Assembly: GCA_900617105.1 (NCBI GenBank)
Contig: UYFQ01000173.1
Location: 1-64,000 of the forward strand
Direction of reading: 5' to 3'
DNA: 64,000 nt
Source of the DNA: Hydrurus foetidus
Lineage: Eukaryota
A program made the position numbers and the translations under genes. Shown here piece after piece: positions 25,377 to 36,700 of the stretch (within the stretch, counting starts at the first letter, position 1; each line of letters begins with the position of its first letter). The notes beneath the pieces are model-generated. The model did no database searches. It had not been told where the DNA came from and saw only the letters and a program-made list of their open reading frames with translations.

Positions 25377-27299
25377 ATGCCTCTCGCAGACAAAACGTAC
25401 AATCTGATTTTGACCCCGATATCAGCGTCCGACAATGACGACGACCACCTTCCTCTGGAACATCCAACAAAAAATGACTTTCGTCCAAGCTCTGACCTGA
25501 TCTTACCGTCGGGCACGCTTGGGCACTTTGGAAATGCCAATGACGTCCCTGATTCAGCATTTTGTGGGACAAGTTACAGGATTTGTTGGGGGTGCAAGCG
25601 TTTTACTTTTTTGCGCGAGTTCATCAGCTCTGGCTTTATACTTCTTGGCGAAATGTGCAAAAAGGGTGACGCCACCGATCACTTTTTTCTCCGTAGCGGA
25701 GGCGATATTGCCAGGTTATTCTGGTGTTATTGATCTCGCAGTGGCAATTAAGTGTTATGGTGTCGCAACATCATATTTGGTCGTTATCGGAGACTTAATG
25801 CCAGCAGGTGCCACTTTGTAGCAGCTGAAGTGCTTGACATTTTGCAGCAGTAAATGATTACATTCTTGGTGCTCATACCCACTTCAAACACGGCTTCGTT
25901 TTATCAGCAATGCATCAGCTTCATACAAGCTCAGCTATCAAGCAGAGGCCACTTTGGATCATATTTGGATTTCTGATCGTGGCTCCACTATCATGCTTCG
26001 AAAGTCTTGATGCTCTGAAATACACTTCCTCCCTATCGATCACTTTTATAATGTTCCTAACGATTATAATAGTGATGTTCGCTTTTCCAAACTTAAGTGG
26101 ATTTGATCCATGTCAAAACTTTTCTGATCCTATGAGTTGTAAAGGGGAGGAAGAATATTTTTTGCTGAATTTGGGATCACTAAGGGCATTGAGCATATTT
26201 GTATTTTCCTACACCTGCCAGCAGGTTAATTGCTTCATCATTGAACCGAAATTTAATGATGCTTAACTTTGTAGGTGCTTATAGAAACAAGTCTCAGTAT
26301 AGCGCGCTATCTAATCATTATCTCTTTCGTTTTATTCCCAATTCAGAACCTTTTTTCCATCGTGAATGAGCTTCGAGAACCCACCCAAGCGAGGATAAAC
26401 AGCGTGATAGTGTCCTCTATCGGCACAGCCTTCAGTGTGTTTCTTATAGTAGGGTTGGCGGGGTATACGACGTACGGTTCTAATGTTGCTAGTGATTTGC
26501 TTAAGAGCTACCCAGGTAAAGTGTGATCTCGAAAACGCTCCTTGATTTAGACACTGCATCATCATGTGATCTTGTGCAACAAGTTTTTGATAAATGCCTT
26601 CGATTTAAAGAGAATTCTTTTCACTCAACAGCTTATTCGATACATAACACCATGAGAATCGGTTCTTAAGATGTTTTCATATTTCTACGTACGTGCAGAA
26701 ATACCGGTTACCACAGCAGCGAGGATATGCGTTTCTTTCATAGTCGCCTTCTCCTACCCTCTTCAATGCAATCCTGCAAGACGTTCCGTACTTACACTTT
26801 TGAAAAGCGTTTTCGGAAAGGGAGAGGAACCTTCTCTGGTCGTATACCGGATAAGATACACGGCTATCACGGTAAACCAAAGACATTTACAGCGTCATTT
26901 TATACCGATGATCTTTCTTTTTCGTCCTATCTCCTTTTTCCCTTTCATTTATCGGTAGAATATTTTGCAGGAACAGTCGCACTAAATTTTTTATTTGTTC
27001 TCTTTTTTTCCCTACCAAACTGTACAGGAAAATCTTAAAACTATTATTTTCCTCTCCTTTAGGCATTCTTTTTGTCCACTTCTTTTCTCATAGCTCTAAC
27101 CGTCCAAGATTTAAGTCTAGTTTTATCTTTTGTGGGAGCTACCGGATCGACTACCGTATCTTACATCTTACCCGGTATATTTTACTATAAAATGTTTCAA
27201 AACGAAGGCCCTAAGTGGATGCGCGTGTTGGCTTTTTCTCAGTACATACTGGGTTTAATTATCATTCCTGTCTGTCTTACATTACTTGTCTTCAAATGA
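25377..27299 (+). CDS. Amino-acid transporter (Aa_trans/AVT-SLC38 type), multi-exon; 5' end uncertain or damaged
   Basis: AIKCYGVATSYLVVIGDLMP, LDALKYTS, FVFSYTCQQNLF, SYPLQCNPAR, VGATGSTTVSYILPG. The usual first TM motif is not recoverable and the frame changes near 25570. Confidence 0.8.
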
Positions 27300-27849
27300 A
27301 ATGTTAACCATTTACGAATATTCCATTTTTATTTTGTTTCGCATATTTGTTCTTTCACGTAAAACACTTTCCAAACTTTTTATCTCCAGTCCTGTGGGAA
27401 TTGTCGTTACTCCTGTGATCACGAATCTTAGTTGCTAGCTTCTCACACGGCTAGAACCGAAAGCTGCCTTTATTTTCACTTTTGTTGGAGACAGCTGATT
27501 CTAGAATGACGGCAATTTGAGCACCCTCAAACTGCTTATCAGAACGTGTGCATATTATCTGTGTTCTGTACGTGGTATTGGGTAAAACGTAAAACATTCC
27601 GTATCTTTTAAAAAATACTCCTTTTTTTCTTTTTTAGAAGTAACTCATCTCACTCACTTCTTTGTAATGTTACGATGTCGAATAGCAACAACAGATCATT
27701 CCTTAGTTTGCTGTGGCGAGAAATGTGACACAAAAAGATACCTGTCGAATCGCTTCGCACCATTAGGCCATCTCTGCGAGAAAGCTGTGTTTCAAAATGG
27801 CCTATTCTGATACTTTCCAGAATCTTTAAATCGACGGCATTCGGAAGTC

Positions 27850-29896
27850 ATGGGGAACAAAACTTCCTCTCCGTTCCCTACTTATGAATCTGCCTGCAAC
27901 CATTTAAACCCCATGGAAATCAGTCACCTGAAGAAATCCTTCAAACTTATAAGTCATAACAGTGAGACGATAACTTTATCTAGTTTCTCTCAGGTAAGAT
28001 GTTCCTATCACTAGTTAGCGATTATTGAAATGAATAGTGTGAGACGAATAACCTGCCACGAACTACCTGATCTGTCGCCAAATTCAATCTTTGTATGAGT
28101 TATGGCGATTTGAGTAATATGCGGCTATGAATGTTGTCCTGAACCCTTCTTTAAAATGTACAGCACTGCACAGTTGCGGCTCCATCTTCGCAGTATGTAA
28201 GGAAGCATGTTCTGCCGAGACTTTTTGCTACCATGGACTCGAAAAGAGATCACGTTATCGATTTCGAGGAATATGTCTGCGCAGTTGCTCTATTTCGTAT
28301 TGGCAGCACAGAAGACAAAATAAAAAGTGAGTCGCACTTCTATTTGAAGTGAATTTGCCGCATGCACGTAACGCAACCTATTCAAGCCGCAACGGCTGTA
28401 CAGAGCATTCCACTGGTCGGGCAGCTTCAGTATTATGCTAAGTTAGAATCATTACATATCCGTCGGTATCCAAAATATTAGGTCATCTTCGCCAATTCGA
28501 AAATAGTCGTTGATGATGTCTGAAATTTATCACACTGAGGTCAACGAGTTCATTCTAACAATATTGCTTGACGCCTAGACGTCCTCTATTCACATACTTA
28601 CTTCCTCTCTTACGTTCTTCTACACTAAATTCAGTTTTATTTCTCATGTACGAGCCACTGAAGGGGTCTCATCTAACCAGGTACGCTATGCTATGCTATT
28701 CTATTCTATCCTACTCTATGCTACTCTATTTTATTTTATGCTATACTATTTTATGCTATTCCATTCTATTCAATGCTATTCTATCTTATTCGATGCTATC
28801 CCATTCTATGCTATACTGTTCTATGCTATACTGTTCTATGCTATACTATGCTATTCCATTCTATTCTATACTATTCCGTTTTATACAATACTATGTTATG
28901 TTATGCTATGTTATGCTATTCCATTTCATACAATACAATGCTATGCTATGCTATGCTGATTGTCAGTCACACGAATTGGCATGACATTATATGTGCCCTG
29001 TCCATATTGTATGCGCTCCGACATCCCTCTGTTAGCATTTAAATCAGCTAGCTTCTGCTCGTAATTATCATTTTATATCTACATTGCACCATTTAGTCTC
29101 GTTACATTCCCTAGCCTGCTGCAATTTACCATTTTGTACTATACAATACTGTACTGTACTGCACTGTACTGTACACATCTAATTCTTCCTCAAATTCTAT
29201 CACTCAACAACAACTTGCAGGGAGAATGTGCGCAAGCTGATCGTGGACGCCACCATCGCTACGCAGAACAAAGAAGTGCCAGCAGCCACTCTGGAGTCGT
29301 GGATACACGTACGTACGCGATGAATGACGCACTACATCATTCTTTCTTTCATTTATCTTCGAGCGCTTCAATCCAGTTATTGGTATCGTGCTTTGTGTTA
29401 TTATCGCATCGTGTTGTCTTGTCTTGTCTTGTCTTGACTTGGCGAAACGTTTCATTGTGTGTTGCAGCGTGCCTTCATGAAACGGAGAAATGACCCAAGA
29501 TGCACAGAACAGTCAATCTTATGAAAGAATCTCCATGTCATGATAAGACTATGAAACCCATGAGAAGAAACAAATGTTCACATCTGGCTACATCTGACGT
29601 ATCCTCGATACCCTCCCTTGTGTAGGATCAGGAGGAGCTCTCCCTGTGCATGACCGACATGGCCCTGCAACAGGTACGTCAAACAGAATGCAACGGATTC
29701 AATTCAGTCTATCTCCTCTCCTCTTGTTTCACCTACTCCATCTCCCTCGCCATCTCCATCTCATCTTCTCTTTTTCCTTTTTTAGTTCGCCACTGTTGAG
29801 TCCAAATTGGATTTGTCTGAGTTCATTAACTTCGTCAAGGTAGAGGGCAGTCTTCAAGGGTTGCTGCTACTGCTCCCCAGTGCCATCGATAACTAG
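27850..29896 (+). CDS. N-myristoylated EF-hand protein (calcineurin B/NCS-like), ~198 aa, 6 exons
   Basis: MGNKTS start; DSKRDHVIDFEEY EF-hand; GSTEDKIKILFLMY; last exon KLDLSEFINFV ends in TAG at 29894-29896. Confidence 0.8.
28686..28956 (+). repeat. Degenerate pentamer satellite (CTATG/CTATT/CTATA) in an intron
   Basis: Clear 5-bp periodicity. Confidence 0.95.
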
Positions 29897-30522
29897 TCAA
29901 GCAGAAGGGAACCTGTTGAAGCCTAGATATCCAGATTGAAATGATAGATGGAGGGGATAGCCATGAAGAGATGGACCCCTCTGACTGACGTACTTACTCA
30001 CTGCTCTCAGATCTATCGTCTCTTCTCTCTTCTATTCCTAGCACTCGCAGTCACAGTGGTCACCGTATGTGTCTTTTAGAACTGATTGACCGAGATCCTG
30101 ACCGACTCACTGACTGACTGGCTGCCTGAGTGACCGTGAGGTCGATCCGTCTCCCAAACTGTGGTATCTCGCTGCATTGTCTCCAATATCGCCCCATGGG
30201 ATCTTGGCAGTCTAGGGATCGGTAGTTACTGCATGGTATGGTGTCGCTTAGCATGGTGGAGAGTGCCCATTGCATTGAGTCGATGTTGGATATCAGGGCT
30301 GGCCGTGTTAGCCGGATAGTTACACTGCTGATGAACATTCTGTAAATGCCTGTATTATGTAAATGCCTGTATTATGTATTTGATTAAGATGTCGAGAGCA
30401 CTTTCTTCGACAGTTTTGTGATATTTACATGATGTACTATTTGCAGTTAGTTATTTACATTGATGAATACGCTTTACACTCCACCCTTCTCTTTTCTTTC
30501 CCACTGCATTTGGCACTATTCA

Positions 30523-32271
30523 CTATTCTACTATTTCTGTTATCACCACTGACGTGTCACTTTCTGTGGGTGGCTCCGACCCACTCAGTGTTTTGTCCAG
30601 AACATTGATGAATGGGAGGGGTAGGAGGCTTCCTAAGCTGCACAGCAGAACAAGCATAGGGAGGTTATCGAAATTCTTCTCCGTCACCCCTAGTGATGAC
30701 GTCAGCAGCGCACCCAATTCAGAAGCCACTGTCCCTGCGCCGTTATATATGGACATGAGAGTGGCAAATAAAGTTCCTTCGATCCCAGGGGGGCATAGAG
30801 TGCTCGCTAGCACTAGGGTGGGCATGAATGCAATCTGTCCCAACACCGTAAGTACGACCGTGTCAGTGAGAGCGAACACTTGATCTGGTATTCCGAGTAC
30901 TCTATTATAGTGCGTCACCAACATCAACTGAGTGAGGCTCAGTGGAACAGACAGTAGGGACGTCCACAGAATAACCTTCTTTATGGAGACGTCTTTGAGG
31001 AACGTTCTGTAGATAGTCACCCCACACAGCGCGGCTAAACTAGCTGCTAGACGCACTCTTCCTAAGAACTCCGGACCAAAACCCAGCTCCCCAGTGGTGA
31101 AAAAGAACATAGCAGAGTCTGGTGTGGGTGTGGCTTGCCATGCGAATATGAAGAGCACAGGGAGGAATATCTTGGGGTTTATCAATGTGTCCTTCAGTGT
31201 GGTGAGCTGATCCGTCACAGTGGATGTGAACTCTTTAATTGACGGCCGGAATATTTCCGCCTTCTCGTCTATCAAGAAACTTACAGCTGATATGAGGAGA
31301 GGAAAGACAGCTGTCAGGAGAAAAACTGTTTTTGGTGTGACTGTTTGAAGGAGCGATCCCGAGAAATAAGCAGAGAGAATGCCGCCCACCGCTGCGGCAG
31401 ACCAGCACAGACTCTGCAAGTCACCAGCAGCCACATTGACGACTGGGAGGCCCTCTGAGTCAGAGGTAGCTGCCGCGTCTATGCTATATTCTGCGTCTGC
31501 TGCAGATCCAGCAACATCAAGTGTTTTCTGTACTGATGATGATGATGATGATGAGACATTCGACATTATGAAAGAGACAGGAATCGTCTGCTGCGTCAAC
31601 AGCCGACTCTTCTCAACAGTGATGCTGTCGGCGACTACGTCAGATACAGCTACCGATGCAGAACCCAGAGTGATAGCTGCCACTGCTGATGCTGTGTCCG
31701 TTACTACAGTTCCGAGCGCAAGCCACGATAAACACCCGATGATGCCAGCAATGATGAGATAAGAGCGACGCTTGTATCCAAAAATAGGTATTCCGTCAGA
31801 GAGGAAGCCATACAACGGCTTAATCAGCCATGGAAGTGAGGTTATGCCACCGATTGCTGCCATGTCCGTTGGTGATAAATGCAACTCGTCTTTCATGTAA
31901 AATGACACAGCAAGTCTAGATAGCCCAAGGGCACCTTGCACAAAGTAGACCGTCAAGATTGAAATAAGTTCTGGAGACAATTCTATCCCAGCAAGAAGGA
32001 GCTTCTTCTTGTCCAGTGCTGAACTACTTGAGTTCAAGTCAGTCGGGACTCCATCTTCAAATCTAGCGGAAAATATCTTTGCTCTCGCAGCCACCGGCAA
32101 AGAGCAGCAATCGTAGTGCCTGTATGCTTGTGTTCTATCTTCGAATATATGATTTGGTCGTAAGTTCACCACGACAGACTGTTTCTGGGAGTAGAAAGAG
32201 TTGCATACTGTGGCGCTTGATAATGCGATAAGTACAACCTTCATGAGCGATGAATAAGAAGGAAAAAGCAT
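30523..32271 (-). CDS. Folate-biopterin transporter (BT1/FBT, MFS), predicted plastid-targeted
   Basis: VYFVQGALGLSRLA, LPWLIKPLYGFLSD, GYKRRSY, LCPPGIEGTLFATLMS; signal peptide followed by CNS-F and a transit-like region. Confidence 0.93.
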   Translation of the reverse strand: MLFPSYSSLMKVVLIALSSATVCNSFYSQKQSVVVNLRPNHIFEDRTQAYRHYDCCSLPVAARAKIFSARFEDGVPTDLNSSSSALDKKKLLLAGIELSPELISILTVYFVQGALGLSRLAVSFYMKDELHLSPTDMAAIGGITSLPWLIKPLYGFLSDGIPIFGYKRRSYLIIAGIIGCLSWLALGTVVTDTASAVAAITLGSASVAVSDVVADSITVEKSRLLTQQTIPVSFIMSNVSSSSSSSVQKTLDVAGSAADAEYSIDAAATSDSEGLPVVNVAAGDLQSLCWSAAAVGGILSAYFSGSLLQTVTPKTVFLLTAVFPLLISAVSFLIDEKAEIFRPSIKEFTSTVTDQLTTLKDTLINPKIFLPVLFIFAWQATPTPDSAMFFFTTGELGFGPEFLGRVRLAASLAALCGVTIYRTFLKDVSIKKVILWTSLLSVPLSLTQLMLVTHYNRVLGIPDQVFALTDTVVLTVLGQIAFMPTLVLASTLCPPGIEGTLFATLMSIYNGAGTVASELGALLTSSLGVTEKNFDNLPMLVLLCSLGSLLPLPFINVLDKTLSGSEPPTESDTSVVITEIVE

Positions 32272-33158
32272 GCTAGACTCCGCAAACCCTAGCCGCGGCT
32301 AGGCTTCAAACCAAATCTCTATTTGAAGACAGAGTTGTAAATAGTAGAAGCAGCCTCCAGTCTCCAGTTGGAGTTGGTTACACATCGTTCATCGTTCGGC
32401 GTCTCCTCGTTGACCTTCCGCTTTATAACTCTTGGCCGTCCATCGGGACGTTCCTGTCTTGTTCTACCGTAAATGTTAGTGTGGGCTGTATGCTTCCAGC
32501 GAGACTGCTCGATCCAATTAAGAAGAACTTGGTATTGGGTGGGGCGATTCTACGAGCCCGCTAGCGGTGGATGTGCTCCGTATGTTGTGTGGGAAATGAA
32601 AATTAGTGTGTTTCTAATGCTTTTTATTTTTGTGTTTTTATTTACAGACAATTATGTGCTTGGATGTAATTCTCTCAATTTGTTACATTCCTGTCTTATA
32701 CTGTGTCTTTCCTGAGGGAAAGCACTAAATTGGTTAACTGTTAGTGGAACAAGCAGAGTTAGTTTTGCTAATTCCGTTGGTCGCGGAGTGGCGACAGAGT
32801 CAAGACCTCTTGCGAATGGTTTTTTCGCTGACGGTTCAATTACAGCTTCAAAATTTGCTGTTGCACCTTGCATTTTGTGTGTTGTTGATGCGAATGCTGG
32901 TTCTAGTGATATTTGCTATCTGTGATAATTTTTACTGTATTTGTCGTCAACTGTTGTGATTGCAACAAATGGTATTATATTGGGGATTGTCCGTGATTGG
33001 AATATCCAATCGGTAGGTCCATATTTACAAATATAGTTGGTATTTCTCTGTCGATGACCTCATGGAACTCTGAGGGTTTAGGCATTAAATATGTTGGTAT
33101 TTGTCCCCTAAATGCGAAACCAACTCGATTTGATTTCGATGATGTGATTCGATTTCAA

Positions 33159-33299
33159 TGGGTGACCCCGGGAAAGAAAAAATCTAGGATTCTATCGAAA
33201 ATCTAGACCCCCCCCCTCCCCCCCCCTAGTCTAAATTCCAGCTGAAAGTCTATTTTTTCGAATAGAATCCTAGATTCTTTCTTTTCAGGGGGTCACCCA
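33159..33299. repeat. ~140-bp imperfect palindrome with a central C-run
   Basis: TGGGTGACCCC..AATCTAGGATTCTA..TAGAC is inverted against GTCTA..TAGAATCCTAGATT..GGGGTCACCCA. Confidence 0.9.
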
Positions 33300-33709
33300 A
33301 TGATTCGAAAGACTCGAGACCAACACGTGCGTGTGATTCCACGTACAAAAAACTTGCCAAGGAATAAACGAGCCCTGTAGCCGTCTGGGGCCCTCGGGAC
33401 CTTGGACCCCATTCCGTCTGTTTGGGTTCATACCCAAACACACTGTAGACTTCTAGGTAGACTCCTAGCACCCTGGTAGGATGTTTCCCTGCTCATATAT
33501 AGTTCAACAACCCCTTTGTAAGCCTAACCCAACACCTCCTAGCCCTCTAGCCTAGTTCCTTCAGGGCCACAGTGACGTCACTTCCCACCAGCTTCTATAG
33601 TTTCCTAGTGTTCATTCGTGTTTTTCGCCGTCTTCCAGTGCTTCGCTGGAAAGTTTAAGAAATCCCTCGTGAAGAGGACTTTCCAGAGTTCCCTCTACTC
33701 AGAGATCGA

Positions 33710-36700
33710 TTGTTTTTGGCGGAGCAACGTGCTATTCGAGAGGAACTCGAAAACCGCTGCCCAACTCCGGAGATTACCTACGCCGACGACGATCCAGATC
33801 GTCCGCCTGACAATCCTCCGTCTAATCCATCAACTTTCACCGACCCACGTCCGTGGACAGTAGCTCCTACAGTCCTACGTCATTCTCTTGATAGAGAAAC
33901 CGCGAGTTCATCGCTTTATAACGCCTCTAATTACTACTCTACTCCTTCCACACACCCAGCACTCTCTTGCGTAACCCCTGCACCTTCAGCTTTTAAGCGA
34001 AGTCGACCGGTTTTCAAACCGAGAACAGTTGAGAAGCGACTTCCAGCAAGTTCGCTCCGCTGTATACCGAGGTTTCAACACGAAACCTTGTCGAATTTGT
34101 TGGAAACCAACGAATTTCTGAGTGTTACGCCTGTTTCTGTTTTGCAAACTCGACCAACTTATAAGTCGACATTCACACCGGTTCAACAAACCGAGTCAAA
34201 CCTAAGCAATCCACTTAGAGAGAAAAACGTTCCGGGGTTATATCCCGTTGAGCGTGGAAACGCTTCTTACGAGGCGTCGGGAGATAGTTTTCTATACGAA
34301 AATCTCCAGAATATAATTCCAACACTTCGTGTGGAATTATTGACTGAAAACACTCACCCTATGGTGAAGAAGAACCCTGTTCAGCCTTTACGGCGTGGAT
34401 CTAACCCGCAAACAAGGCGGAGAAACCCCTTGATGGAGTCGGAGTATGAGAATTCAACTTTGGAAGAAAATTCTGATTTACCCGCTTCATATGCGGATGA
34501 TAACCCTGATGAGGGAGATATGGACATGGAATCCTTTCCTTCTGATCAACATCTGACTGATCTAGAAGAGTGTGGAGAGATTCCATACGACGCCCAAAGT
34601 CCTTTTCAGGAACTTGTTGAAACCGAACCGTCGATTTCGAGTAGCTCGTCGAGCTCATCCAGCGTCATTGCTGTACCGCGGACTCCTGAACCTCGCGTTC
34701 CCGATCCTACCCTGCTTAACGCAGCAGTCGCACCCATCGTTAGCGATGGAGTACCACGTGAGAAACCACGTGAGCAACAGAGACAGATACCTCTCTCGCC
34801 CGTCGTCATCGACGTAGTACCCAACCCACAACCGAACCCTCAGTACAATATGGAACAGGTTACGACGGCGTTGAAGCAGACAATGACTGGCGGTTTGAAC
34901 CTACAGAAACCGTTATTCATCATTGATACCCCAGAGATAACTGGAGAACAAGCTGCCCAGTTTCAGAACCAAGCCAATCAATGGCATGAGAACTTCCTGG
35001 TACACCAGGTGGTGGTTAACCCTGCCACCTATGTGGTACAGTATGCGTTCGCGAGCGATCCAGAGTTCACTCTCATCCCTCCAAGCAAATACTCAACATG
35101 GTACAATCATGTTACAGTCAAACAGGCTGCCCAAATCATAACCAAATACTTTGGCGACAGAAATGATATTGGTAGAACACTCGTCGAGAACTTCTCACGA
35201 CTTGAAATCTCTTTCTGTTACACCAACGCAGACATTGAGAGAAAATCCTTCATGGCTCTCAAGGCGTTAACAACGGTCTATGAGAATACCCAACCGATCA
35301 CTCCGGCGCAGCATGCTGCACTGATAGTTACGATCGAGAAAAAACTGAAACCGGATAGTCAGCTTAAAAGCGACTATTTCGCGGCTCGTGGCAACGAGGG
35401 TAAACCTATACCGAACGAAACGTGGGAACAAGCGTTCACTCGTCTTGGTAAATGCATCTTCAATGTTAGGAAGCTCGTTGAACGAGTTGCTAATTATGGC
35501 GATACCTCCGCTATTCATACTCTGTTTAGCAAATACCAGGAGCAGGAGACTCGGCAGGCCAGAACACCGATAATCCCTGAACAGCGTTCTTACGCTGCCG
35601 CTGTCTACCTCAAGTCAGCGCTGGCGAACTCACCAGCTAACCCTCAACCTTCTGCTGCACCTGCACATGCTCATGCACACGCATCCTCACCCAGTGCAGC
35701 AGTGCTGAGGAGACCAACAACTGAATCAATAATTCAGTTGTTGCCGCAACCAGCGCCAATCCCATGTCGCTCATGCGGTCACACTGGACATGAAGTCAGA
35801 CTCTGTCCAGTTCTGTTTCGCACAGACGCCAACCATAGTGAACTCCACCTTCAATGGAAAGATTCAACAGCGGGTAAGATGTGGCATTCATATGGCTTCG
35901 AAGCTTATGATGATGGAGCCCAACTACCAAACCATGCTGTCCGCTACCTGGTCAAACCAGTGTCCGAGTTTAGATACTCGATGCTCCAACTACCCAACAA
36001 GCGTGCTCGTTTTGACAATGGAGGAGCTACCGTACCTACGTTACCCGGTCAACACGACCCCGCTAACAATGCACAGTACGCAGAAACACGCAGAAACAGA
36101 AAACAAGGTAAATCTGTTTCCTTAAACGCTATTGTTGCAGCCTCTATAACCAGAATAGAGATTGATTCTAACTTCTTATCTTCCTGGATTTTTATTAATC
36201 AGCGAAGTATAGTCAAGGACGGGGTGCGGGTCCAAGTGCATACCAGCCCCAACAACCACCACCATCCCACCCTTAGGGCTGAACGAGTTCTGGCAAAGGT
36301 CCTACTCGACACCGGGAGTCTCCCTGGCGACTTTATTAGTCAAGATTTTGTAATTAGTTTAAATGCTCAAGATTTTGTTTATACTTCTTCTAAAGCTTTA
36401 ACTATATGTTCGGGTCTAGATAACACATGTTATGTTAGGGACCAAGTAATTGATATTGGAATGACTTTTGTCACCCATAATTTATTAATTAATACCATTT
36501 TCTTAACGGTGCGGATTATTCCAAACACCATCGACTTAATTCTGGGTCGAACAACTCTTAAGAAATATGACTTCTTCGAGAAGACTCCCTACGAAATAGG
36601 GAGACCTAATATGGAGAACTCCTTCGAAAGAATGAAAGTTTTCTTATCTGCTGAGTGCATTCCGTCGGAATGTGTGGGCAAGAAGGATGATTTGGTATGT

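Noticed and set aside
28568..29042. Tyr/Cys/Leu-rich ORFs
   Set aside because: They are translations of an intronic pentamer satellite.
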